Positions 10,139 to 18,679 of a stretch of DNA of 64,000 nucleotides are shown here, piece after piece (the first letter of the stretch is position 1; each line of letters starts with the position of its first letter). Position numbers and translations under genes: made by a program. The notes beneath the pieces are model-generated. The model made no database searches, was not told the origin of the DNA, and saw nothing but the letters and a program-made list of their open reading frames with translations. Source of the DNA: an uncultured delta proteobacterium (GTDB taxonomy: Bacteria > Desulfobacterota > Binatia > UBA9968); NCBI GenBank assembly GCA_963771465.1, contig CAVYTU010000019.1, positions 128,001 to 192,000 on the forward strand. The letters run 5' to 3'.

Positions 10139-10813
10139 ATGAACGATCTAACTTTCATTGCTAAATTGGCCAAACCTAGACGAGGAGGTTTTTCACTCTT
10201 AATCTTGCCAATTGCCTTTTACCTTTCTGCGTGCGCCTCTTTTGACGCCGGCAGTAATCTCCAGCGCGGCCGCTACGCGCTCTTGCGCGGTGATTCGAAG
10301 CTCGCGCTGCAACACTTTCAGCGCACCTCGGAAATTGATCCGAACTACCACTACCGCATCGGTCCGATGAAAGAAGGAGTTTGGACCTACGTCGGCCGAG
10401 CACACTACTCCGGCGGGGATTATAAGGCGGCCCAAAAGGCCTTGGAGCTAGCTCGCACGCGCCATCCCGACGACTCATTTGCGCCGCTATATCTTGGCTT
10501 GACGCTATCGAGAGATGGCGATCGCCAGCGGGGTGCGAAAGAGATTCAACTAGGCCTCACCGGACTGAATGATTGGCTGGAATACATCGACCAATACACC
10601 AGCGACCGAGCCTACTGGGATCCCGGTGCGATCATCCGCAAGGGCATCCAGAAAGAAATCGCGAATATCAACGGCAGAGAGGTCAATTGGACCGAGCTGA
10701 TTGCCGGGGCCGAACGCGTCGGCATCGATCTAGAAACTGAGGCCGACGAAGCCCAGCGTGAAAGACGTCGCGAACAACGAGACTCTGCAAAGGGCGACGG
10801 CAAGGGTAATTAG
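10139..10813 (+). CDS. TPR-repeat lipoprotein, paralog of 9200..9892
   Basis: AAGGAG RBS; lipobox LSAC; YVGRAHYSGGDYKAA, APLYLGLTLSRDG. Confidence 0.78.
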   Translation: MNDLTFIAKLAKPRRGGFSLLILPIAFYLSACASFDAGSNLQRGRYALLRGDSKLALQHFQRTSEIDPNYHYRIGPMKEGVWTYVGRAHYSGGDYKAAQKALELARTRHPDDSFAPLYLGLTLSRDGDRQRGAKEIQLGLTGLNDWLEYIDQYTSDRAYWDPGAIIRKGIQKEIANINGREVNWTELIAGAERVGIDLETEADEAQRERRREQRDSAKGDGKGN

Positions 10814-10819
10814 ACAACA

Positions 10820-10855
10820 GACCATTCCCCCGCGGTGCACCGCGGGGGAATGGTC
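10820..10855. repeat. 36-bp perfect palindrome downstream of the TPR gene
   Basis: GACCATTCCCCCGCGGTGCACCGCGGGGGAATGGTC equals its own reverse complement. Confidence 0.85.
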
Positions 10856-11284
10856 ACCAACTTATCCTCACCTGCAAAGCTAGACGTTCCGAAGCAGCGA
10901 CAAGCTAGCCTCTCTGCCTTCAGTCGCTCCCGCGAAAACGGGAACCCAGGCTGCTTCCGACGACATAATTTCCAAACAGCTGCATTCGCAGCATCGCAGT
11001 TTGCAGCTTCGTGACAATCTGACATGGCGCGATTCGATTGATCCCGAAGCTATGTTCTCAGCCCCCGAATTTTTCACTCCAGGGAATTAGCCGTTCCGAC
11101 CCGGCCGGATTCCCGCTTTAAGCAAGGAATCAACTTAACGCAGCAATCTGCGCACAAAGAATCTGAGGAGAGAAAAGCTGCCGAGCGTTGGAGCAATCGG
11201 ATAACATCAACACGCGTGGCAAATTTGCTCTTTATCGGGGTAGGTTAAGATACTTCATCTCAAGATCGACTCGCTATCAAGCAC

Positions 11285-11319
11285 AAAAAAAAGGGGCGCG
11301 ACCTTTCGCGCCCCTTTTT
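11285..11319. terminator. Bidirectional-type intrinsic terminator after porin copy 1
   Basis: A-run, GGGGCGCGA-cctt-TCGCGCCCC, T-run, about 20 bp downstream of the stop on the minus strand. Confidence 0.8.
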
Positions 11320-11340
11320 GCTTTTTCAGCTCAGCCGATA

Positions 11341-12903
11341 TTACCAGCGGAACCGAAGACCCGTGTTGAGCGAATGCATGGAGCAAGATCGGCCGGCACC
11401 TTTGCCAGATGCCGCCTCTGCGTTGCTATCCTTACAACCGCTGCCTATTTGGGTTCTAAGAGGCGTATTGGACGAGGTCCAGTAGTGATGCCACATGCCA
11501 ACACCCAAGCTCGGTTGAATCCAATACCATAGTGCCGTTTCCCGGTTAAGGATGGTTTGGGAATGAAAAGACCCCGCACCCGGCGATGCATCGCAGCCGG
11601 CGCCGCAATTCATGTCCGCGCGCTCAAAACCAAAGGAGAGCATGACCGTGTTCGGCGTCGTTTGACTGCCGGTCAGGAAACCCTTAGGGCTCCATACCAT
11701 GAGCTGGTTGTCGATCGTCCAACCTTTGCCCGACATGCCTCTACCCAGTCCAGGATCCACGCTGTTATATCGGGTAAAAACATAGACCGCGCGGAACATG
11801 TACGGACCGACCGTCCACTTCAAACCAGGAATAAATACATGGCCCCATCCGGAACCAACGTTTTGAGAGCTACAAACGTCGTCGAGTTGGCAATTAGCAA
11901 CATTCTGCCCGAGAGCGGCGGGACGGAAATAATCAAACCGTCCACGTCTTTCCGCATTACGAACGCGAATTTCAACAGCGCTCGTATCATCAAGGGAATT
12001 CTCCGGTCGATCCAGTGAATGCCCCTGATAACCTACACCCATTTCCAACCCGGAGAGCCATTTGCTCTTGGTGTTGGCGAACGGTTTGCCACCGACATAC
12101 GCCATGATGCCTTTGCGGTCGTCGTTGATGAACTCCTGATGCGTTCCCTGGCGGCTGGTCACGTAGTTGAGGAATAGATCGTATTCACCCGTCCCGATAT
12201 CTACGCCCTCCCAGCCAATACCCATGCCTGCGTGCGATCCGTCGCCACCCCAGGCAAAGCCGTCAAGGATCACGCTATGCTCCATCTTGCCGTCGTTATC
12301 GGAGCTACGGCCAACGTGAGTCTTGCCGGCCCCTCGTCTGAGACCGATGGAGAAATACGGAAAATACGGATTCAACTGGTTGAAACCGACCATGAACTCA
12401 TTGTCACGGAATAAAGCCTCCCGCTCGGCCGTCTCGCCGTCGATTGAAGTCTCAAACTGGAAAAAACAATCCTGCCAACACATTGTCGTGTAGAGCCGGT
12501 TACGCCGAGGAAACAACTCGCCTTGTGTGGCACCCGAGCTGCGCTCTTGGCCGTCGTTAAAGTTCGGCTTGCCGCCAATAATATTGTAGTTGTAGATGTT
12601 GATCCGGTACGTCGTGTTGAACGACCAGCTCTTGTCCGCCGCCGCGATCGTCATGCCGCGTCCCGGTCGATACGAAAAGGTCGGCATCTCGGCCGCAGCC
12701 GCCGTCGCTTCCTTCTTCATCTCCAACTGCTGATATCTCAGCCGCTCGATCTGATCCTTCAGAGGCTCGATTTTTTGAACCTCCGACTCCAACGCTTTGA
12801 TCTGCTCCTCGATGTCGCTCTGTGCCTGTACCGGCCAGACCGCAGCGAGGCTAGCGACCAATCCGAAACTCATCGCTGTGAAAAACTTGCCCTGTTTTGC
12901 CAT
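11341..12903 (-). CDS. Outer-membrane porin-like beta-barrel protein (OprO/OprP-like architecture), copy 1
   Basis: GGAGG RBS before ATG 12903; signal peptide VQA|Q; N-terminal coiled coil (IEEQIKALESEVQKIEPLKDQIERL); amphipathic beta strands; C-terminal GLRFRW. Confidence 0.7.
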   Translation of the reverse strand: MAKQGKFFTAMSFGLVASLAAVWPVQAQSDIEEQIKALESEVQKIEPLKDQIERLRYQQLEMKKEATAAAAEMPTFSYRPGRGMTIAAADKSWSFNTTYRINIYNYNIIGGKPNFNDGQERSSGATQGELFPRRNRLYTTMCWQDCFFQFETSIDGETAEREALFRDNEFMVGFNQLNPYFPYFSIGLRRGAGKTHVGRSSDNDGKMEHSVILDGFAWGGDGSHAGMGIGWEGVDIGTGEYDLFLNYVTSRQGTHQEFINDDRKGIMAYVGGKPFANTKSKWLSGLEMGVGYQGHSLDRPENSLDDTSAVEIRVRNAERRGRFDYFRPAALGQNVANCQLDDVCSSQNVGSGWGHVFIPGLKWTVGPYMFRAVYVFTRYNSVDPGLGRGMSGKGWTIDNQLMVWSPKGFLTGSQTTPNTVMLSFGFERADMNCGAGCDASPGAGSFHSQTILNRETALWYWIQPSLGVGMWHHYWTSSNTPLRTQIGSGCKDSNAEAASGKGAGRSCSMHSLNTGLRFRW

Positions 12904-12965
12904 ACACACCTCCCTAAAATATTACGAACTTTCCAGCTCTTACTAAGTCTAATTCGATGTCGCGA

Positions 12966-13005
12966 TTTTTATGCTGATACGTGTTTTAAATCAATACGAC
13001 TTTAG
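12966..13005 (-). promoter_or_regulatory. Conserved upstream motif / sigma70-like promoter of porin copy 1
   Basis: Minus strand TTGATT-17 bp-TAAAAA; the same block recurs at 14913..14952 although its flanks have diverged. Confidence 0.5.
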
Positions 13006-13215
13006 CAGTCTTTTTTGCTCGCAACAGGCAGTTTTGCCGTAGACTTACTTCTTTAGTTTTACTTTTTGAGTTTGAAGCGTGGATTTGTGTCACCGGAAGG
13101 TAAGTAAGTTTGGAAATTAGACTGATAATGGTGAAACTAGGCAGCATTGTGGGAACTCTCGCTTCATCCGTTTAGCTCCGTGAGGGCATCATTGATCCGG
13201 AAATTGCCATACTAG

Positions 13216-13256
13216 GCACAAAAAAAGGGGCGCGAAAGGTCGCGCCCCTTTTGTGC
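13216..13256. terminator. Intrinsic terminator after porin copy 2
   Basis: GCAC + A-run, GGGGCGCGA-aagg-TCGCGCCCC, TTTTGTGC. Confidence 0.8.
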
Positions 13257-13275
13257 TTTTCCAGCTCAGCCGATA

Positions 13276-14838
13276 TTACCAGCGGAACCGAAGACCCGTG
13301 TTGAGCGAATGCATGGAGCAAGATCGGCCGGCACCTTTGCCAGATGCCGCCTCTGCGTTGCTATCCTTACAACCGCTGCCTATTTGGGTTCTAAGAGGCG
13401 TATTGGCCGAGGTCCAGTAGTGATGCCACATGCCAACACCCAAGCTCGGTTGAATCCAATACCACAGTGCCGTTTCCCGGTTAAGGATGGTTTGGGAATG
13501 AAAATTCCCCGCACCCGGCGATGCATCGCAGCCGGCGCCGCAATTCATGTCCGCGCGCTCAAAACCAAAGGAGAGCATGACCGTGTTCGGCGTCGTTTGA
13601 CTGCCGGTCAGGAAACCCTTAGGGCTCCATACCATGAGCTGGTTGTCGATCGTCCAACCTTTGCCCGACATGCCTCTACCCAGTCCAGGATCCACGCTGT
13701 TATATCGGGTAAAAACATAGACCGCGCGGAACATGTACGGACCAACCGTCCACTTCAAACCAGGAATAAATACATGGCCCCATCCGGAACCGACGTTTTG
13801 AGAGCTACAAACGTCGTCGAGTTGGCAATTAGCAACATTCTGCCCGAGAGCGGCGGGACGGAAATAATCAAACCGTCCACGTCTTTCCACATTACGAACG
13901 CGAATTTCAACAGCGCTCGTATCATCAAGGGAATTCTCCGGTCGATCCAGTGAATGCCCTTGATAACCAACACCCATTTCCAACCCGGAGAGCCATTTGC
14001 TCTTGGTGTTGGCGAACGGTCTGCCACCGACATACGCCATGATTCCTTTGCGGTCGTCGTTGATGAACTCCTGGTGCGTTCCCTGGCGGCTGGTCACGTA
14101 GTTGAGGAATAGATCGTATTCACCCGTCCCGATATCTACGCCCTCCCAGCCAATACCCATGCCTGCGTGCGATCCGTCGCCACCCCAGGCAAAGCCGTCA
14201 AGGATCACGCTATGCTCCATCTTGCCGTCGTTATCGGAGCTACGGCCAACGTGAGTCTTGCCGGCCCCTCGTCTGAGACCGATGGAGAAATACGGAAAAT
14301 ACGGATTCAACTGGTTGAAACCGACCATGAACTCATTGTCACGGAATAAAGCCTCCCGCTCGGCCGTCTCGCCGTCGATTGAAGTCTCAAACTGGAAAAA
14401 ACAATCCTGCCAACACATTGTCGTGTAGAGCCGGTTACGCCGAGGAAACAACTCGCCTTGTGTGGCACCCGAGCTGCGCTCTTGGCCGTCGTTAAAGTTC
14501 GGCTTGCCGCCAATAATATTGTAGTTGTAGATGTTGATCCGGTACGTCGTGTTGAACGACCAGCTCTTGTCCGCCGCCGCGATCGTCATGCCGCGTCCCG
14601 GTCGATACGAAAAGGTCGGCATCTCGGCCGCAGCCGCCGTCGCTTCCTTCTTCATCTCCAACTGCTGATATCTCAGCCGCTCGATCTGATCCTTCAGAGG
14701 CTCGATTTTTTGAACCTCCGACTCCAACGCTTTGATCTGCTCCTCGATGTCGCTCTGTGCCTGTACCGGCCAGACCGCAGCGAGGCTAGCGACCAATCCG
14801 AAACTCATCGCTGTGAAAAACTTGCCCTGTTTTGCCAT
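13276..14838 (-). CDS. Outer-membrane porin-like beta-barrel protein, copy 2 (4 aa differ from copy 1)
   Basis: Near-identical to 11341..12903 at an offset of 1935 bp. Confidence 0.7.
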   Translation of the reverse strand: MAKQGKFFTAMSFGLVASLAAVWPVQAQSDIEEQIKALESEVQKIEPLKDQIERLRYQQLEMKKEATAAAAEMPTFSYRPGRGMTIAAADKSWSFNTTYRINIYNYNIIGGKPNFNDGQERSSGATQGELFPRRNRLYTTMCWQDCFFQFETSIDGETAEREALFRDNEFMVGFNQLNPYFPYFSIGLRRGAGKTHVGRSSDNDGKMEHSVILDGFAWGGDGSHAGMGIGWEGVDIGTGEYDLFLNYVTSRQGTHQEFINDDRKGIMAYVGGRPFANTKSKWLSGLEMGVGYQGHSLDRPENSLDDTSAVEIRVRNVERRGRFDYFRPAALGQNVANCQLDDVCSSQNVGSGWGHVFIPGLKWTVGPYMFRAVYVFTRYNSVDPGLGRGMSGKGWTIDNQLMVWSPKGFLTGSQTTPNTVMLSFGFERADMNCGAGCDASPGAGNFHSQTILNRETALWYWIQPSLGVGMWHHYWTSANTPLRTQIGSGCKDSNAEAASGKGAGRSCSMHSLNTGLRFRW

Positions 14839-14912
14839 ACACACCCCCCTTTAAATTTTGTACTCGAACTAATATTACTTAGGTCTTATAAGAGCTAACT
14901 ACCAGATCTAGG

Positions 14913-14952
14913 TTTTTATGCTTATAGCGCGCGTAAATCAATACAACTTTAG
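14913..14952 (-). promoter_or_regulatory. Conserved upstream motif / sigma70-like promoter of porin copy 2
   Basis: Minus strand TTGATT-17 bp-TAAAAA, matching 12966..13005. Confidence 0.5.
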
Positions 14953-15172
14953 TCGTATTTATCAGTAAGTATTGCCTGGAACCCCGGAATAGTGGGAATA
15001 ATATTGAAATTTTATGGAACTTTAGGCTCTGAGACCAGTCGAACTATTGGGTTGACTCACCGACTAGAACAGCTGAAAACAAAATGAACCTTACGGGTTG
15101 GAACGTTTACGCAAGTGAACTAAACGACTTATAGTTTACGGACACCAAAATTATCGGCAACGATTTAGCCAG

Positions 15173-15385
15173 TTACTGCCAGGTTACCGGATCGGTAATC
15201 ACAATCTCTTCGGACGAAACCAGCGAGCGTGTGCCGTCGTCCCAGCAAACGTTGACTAACTGACCGCCTTCGCCTTCGAGCTCATAGACGATCGTCCCCT
15301 CGGTTGATTCGCCGATGGTGCCGTCGATATCGAGAATTTCCTGCGCCGCGCGACAACGCATTCCTTTCAAACTGACGTCTATCAT
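15173..15385 (-). CDS. Small acidic hypothetical protein (possible SH3-like beta fold)
   Basis: GGGAG RBS before ATG 15385; GTIVYE...LVNVCWDDG...LV pattern. Confidence 0.55.
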   Translation of the reverse strand: MIDVSLKGMRCRAAQEILDIDGTIGESTEGTIVYELEGEGGQLVNVCWDDGTRSLVSSEEIVITDPVTWQ

Positions 15386-15548
15386 TGGCCTGCTCCCGTC
15401 ACTGAAATCCGCTCTGTTTCGTCGTCGAAGATTGGCACTGTAATCATGATTGAAATGCCATTTCAACTGCGAAAATGTGAAATTCTAATCAAATGTAGAC
15501 GGCCAATAAAAATACCATCGTCGTGCAAAACCGCGTCTGCGAAAATAC

Positions 15549-16892
15549 TCAGTTCACGAGGATAATTTGCAGGTCCATGATGTTAGTGAGCGTGGGTCCG
15601 GTGATGAACAAATCGCCGGTCGCTTGGAGAAAGCGATAGGAATCGTTGCGCGCCAGAAACTTCTGCGCGTCGAGCCCTTTCAACTCGCCGCGCCGAATTG
15701 TTGTTGTGTCGACAATTCCTCCTGCGGCGTCCGTCGGCCCGTCCGTACCGTCCGTTCCAGCGCTGAGAATGACCACGTCTTTCAGCCGGCCCATCGCATC
15801 ATTCAGCGCGAGCGCGGCAGCCAGGGCAAACTCTTGATTGCGCCCGCCCACGCCATCACCACGAACAGTCACGGTCGTTTCGCCGCCGGAGAGCAAACAT
15901 GCCGGTCGCGGGATCGGTTCATTCTGTTGCAGAACACTTTTCACCAGCGCGACGTGGGACTGCGCGACCATGCGGCTCTCGCCTTCGATAGCGCTGGAAA
16001 CAATCTGCGCATGATATCCCAACGCTTCGGCCTTCTGTTTTGCCGCCGCCAACGCCCAACGATTGCTGCCAACGATAAGGTTTTGGACATTTTGAAAAAT
16101 CGGGTTGGATGGCTTGGGTGTTTCGGCAAACTCGCCGCGCGCGCCACCATCTAAGAAATTAAGCACTACCGGGGCTATCTTGTTGGTAAGTTCGTAACGC
16201 CGAATAATTTCGCGACAGTCCGTGAACGTCGTCGTATCGGCAACCGTCGGCCCCGAAGCGATCGCTTCGAGGACATCGTCGACGACGTCGGAAAGAATCA
16301 GTGCAATGATTCTGGACGGCTGGGCTAACGCGGCCAGTCGGCCGCCTTTTAGTTGTGAGAGATGCTTGCGCACGGCATTCACTTCGCCAATCCTCGCGCC
16401 GCACATGAGTAGGGATTGAGTCGTAGTTTGTTTGTCTGCCAACGTCAGCCCAGCAACCGGCATCGGCAAAAGCGCCGAGCCACCGCCGGAAACCACAAAC
16501 AGTATCAAATCGGCTACGCCGGTATTGGCCACGATCTCCATGATTCGCCGCGCGCCAGTAACTCCATTCTCGTCAGGAATCGGATGACCCGCTTCGATGA
16601 TCTGGATGGTTGTCAACGGCGTCCCATGACCATACTTGACGACCACGGCGCCGTCGGCGATGCGTGCGCCAAGAATTTCTTCAAGCGCCAAAGCCATCCG
16701 AGCTGCGGCTTTGCCGCAGCCGACGACGTAGACGTGGCGAATTTCCGCTAGGTCATACTCCGTTCCGCCAACCCGTAGCCAACTACCGTTCAGCGTCACA
16801 TGCCGTTTGACTGCTTCCAAGGGATCGGCAGATGCCAAGCCGGTGGCAAAAATTTGCCGGGCGTGATCGCGCAGCTGTATCAACGACGCCAT
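15549..16892 (-). CDS. Glycerate 2-kinase (class II, MOFRL/TtuD family)
   Basis: GCGKAA, EAGHPIPD, SGGGSAL, KGGRLA, SDVVDD, IASGPT, GGETTV, GGRNQE, GTDGTDGPTDAAGG, TGPTLTNIMD. Confidence 0.92.
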   Translation of the reverse strand: MASLIQLRDHARQIFATGLASADPLEAVKRHVTLNGSWLRVGGTEYDLAEIRHVYVVGCGKAAARMALALEEILGARIADGAVVVKYGHGTPLTTIQIIEAGHPIPDENGVTGARRIMEIVANTGVADLILFVVSGGGSALLPMPVAGLTLADKQTTTQSLLMCGARIGEVNAVRKHLSQLKGGRLAALAQPSRIIALILSDVVDDVLEAIASGPTVADTTTFTDCREIIRRYELTNKIAPVVLNFLDGGARGEFAETPKPSNPIFQNVQNLIVGSNRWALAAAKQKAEALGYHAQIVSSAIEGESRMVAQSHVALVKSVLQQNEPIPRPACLLSGGETTVTVRGDGVGGRNQEFALAAALALNDAMGRLKDVVILSAGTDGTDGPTDAAGGIVDTTTIRRGELKGLDAQKFLARNDSYRFLQATGDLFITGPTLTNIMDLQIILVN

Positions 16893-17015
16893 AGTCGGAA
16901 TTTAGCAAGCACCGACCGTGGAACACAATTGGCATGTCGTGCGTGACGACGCACGCAGCCGTACTAGCAGCGAGCGGATTTAACTAGAGGGAAACGATCT
17001 CGATTTGGGTAGAAG

Positions 17016-17387
17016 TCAGAAGAGACGAAAACCGCCGAAGCCGTACTCACCGATCCACTTGTTAGTCGTGGGGTCGTAGATATCGATGAGCATATTCTTC
17101 TCTGGATGTCCGGCAAGAAAACGTGAAAAGACCTCGATGAACTCTTCTTTGGCCTCAGCGTCAGCCTGCATGAACCCTTCACCGATGTAGAGACGATGGG
17201 GTCGTTTGCTGCTGTCGAGTCTAAGCCAAAAACGTGTCCCGCCTACTCCGGCCAAGTCGAGCCACTTGCGGTACTCCAGAACGCGCGCTTCGATCGCTTT
17301 GAAGTTGGGAACCTGCGCCGGGACGACGGTTGGGAAAAAAAATGCGGATGCCAAGAAAAGAATTTTCACTTTTCCTAGCATCCGCAT
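17016..17387 (-). CDS. Hypothetical secreted protein
   Basis: Signal-peptide-like N-terminus; coherent ORF just downstream of the OmpA gene. Confidence 0.65.
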   Translation of the reverse strand: MRMLGKVKILFLASAFFFPTVVPAQVPNFKAIEARVLEYRKWLDLAGVGGTRFWLRLDSSKRPHRLYIGEGFMQADAEAKEEFIEVFSRFLAGHPEKNMLIDIYDPTTNKWIGEYGFGGFRLF

Positions 17388-17411
17388 GTTGACAGCCCTC
17401 GTCAGCCTAAA

Positions 17412-18128
17412 TTAGTTGACTTTGATCTCGACGCGGCGGTTTTTGGAGCGGCCTTCAGCGGTTTTATTATCCGCGATCGGCTTGCTCTCGCCAAAACCCT
17501 GTCCAGAGACGCGTCCGCCATCCACACCCTTCTTCACGACGTAATCTTTCACCGAAGCTGTGCGCCGTTCCGACAGAGCCTGGTTGTACGCATCTGAACC
17601 GACGCTGTCGGTATGGCCGGCCAAGCTCGCCTTTTTGTCTTTATTCTCGTTCATGAAAGCGACCAGCCGATCCAAGATCGCGCCCGCTTCCGACTTGATG
17701 TTACTCTTGTCGAAATCAAAGAGCACGTCATCCAGAATAATCGTCCGCTCAACCACTGGCGCGGGCTTGGGTGCCGGCGGCGGCGGTGGTGGTGGTGCCG
17801 GCTTTGGCGCAGGCGGTGGAGGCGGCGGAGGTGGTGGCGGAGGTGGTGGTGGCGGTGGCGGCGGCGCTGGCTTTGGATCTTCAGTCAATAAGTAAGCCAA
17901 ACCACCGCAGACCAATGCGCCGGTAACCGCGCCAATCGCAGCTCCTAAAGCCTCGTTACGATGTTTGCCGTTGACACCTTGGTGCGCGACAGCTGCGCCG
18001 CCCGCGCCGCCCATGACACCGCAAACGCTAGCGCCCACAAGCGCAGCCTGGTTCCTGGTTAACCCAGTACAACCCGCCATGAAAAAACCTAGCGCCGTCA
18101 GCGCCAGATATTTGTTGTTTTTAGTCAT
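17412..18128 (-). CDS. OmpA-family peptidoglycan-binding lipoprotein with glycine zipper and polyproline linker
   Basis: GGGGAGG RBS before ATG 18128; lipobox MAGC; GAxxG zipper; 18-Pro run; VLFDFDKS, GHTDSVGS-YNQALSERR, GESKPIA-N-GRSKNRRVE. Confidence 0.92.
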   Translation of the reverse strand: MTKNNKYLALTALGFFMAGCTGLTRNQAALVGASVCGVMGGAGGAAVAHQGVNGKHRNEALGAAIGAVTGALVCGGLAYLLTEDPKPAPPPPPPPPPPPPPPPPPPAPKPAPPPPPPPAPKPAPVVERTIILDDVLFDFDKSNIKSEAGAILDRLVAFMNENKDKKASLAGHTDSVGSDAYNQALSERRTASVKDYVVKKGVDGGRVSGQGFGESKPIADNKTAEGRSKNRRVEIKVN

Positions 18129-18679
18129 TTTTGCCTCCCCAAAATTTGATGCGAAAATTTTGGCCAAATTAGTACAACGTTCCGGGTATGTCAAGTAATA
18201 TTTTCGCGTTGTAGTAGCAAAGTGAGTATGACAGGGGCCAACAACAAGCGGAAAGGCTTCCTCGATGGACCTATTTCCAATCAATCAACCCTGCACCATG
18301 AACTGCCACCCTGACATTTTTTCGTTGCTATTAACCTGACATATTGACGTTGCCACGACAGTAATATTTTCGCGTATTTAAATCAGTATATCATCCGATC
18401 GGTCACTATTGCCTCCCAATTTCAACCATTTATCGTGCCGCTGGTTCGTCTTTTAGGTTTGCGGCCATGTTTGATTTACCAATGATATGAGAAAGGGTCG
18501 CTCGGGCGTTTAGCTGTTTTTCTTCGGGCCCGTTGCCGCTACCATGCCGTTTTATCGCGGAGGTCCAGCGACAGATGGAAAAGAAAATTATCAGCTGCTT
18601 GAGGCGAGATCGAATTTTCGCTTAAAATAGTTCGGGCGCAAGGAATCGCCACGCCATTTGTAGTTTATTAGATGAAGGC

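Larger units (their letters stand above)
11281..14845. repeat. Tandem direct duplication of about 1.63 kb (about 11281-12910 and 13216-14845)
   Basis: Direct sequence comparison; identical off-frame ORFs appear in both copies. Confidence 0.95.

Noticed and set aside
11281-14845. Porin duplication as a pure assembly artefact, or as an IS/composite transposon
   Set aside because: The copies differ by substitutions, terminator loop and upstream DNA; there is no transposase or terminal inverted repeat
17560-17895. Gly-rich and Arg/Trp-rich plus-strand ORFs resembling antimicrobial or structural peptides
   Set aside because: They are reverse-complement readings of the OmpA polyproline linker
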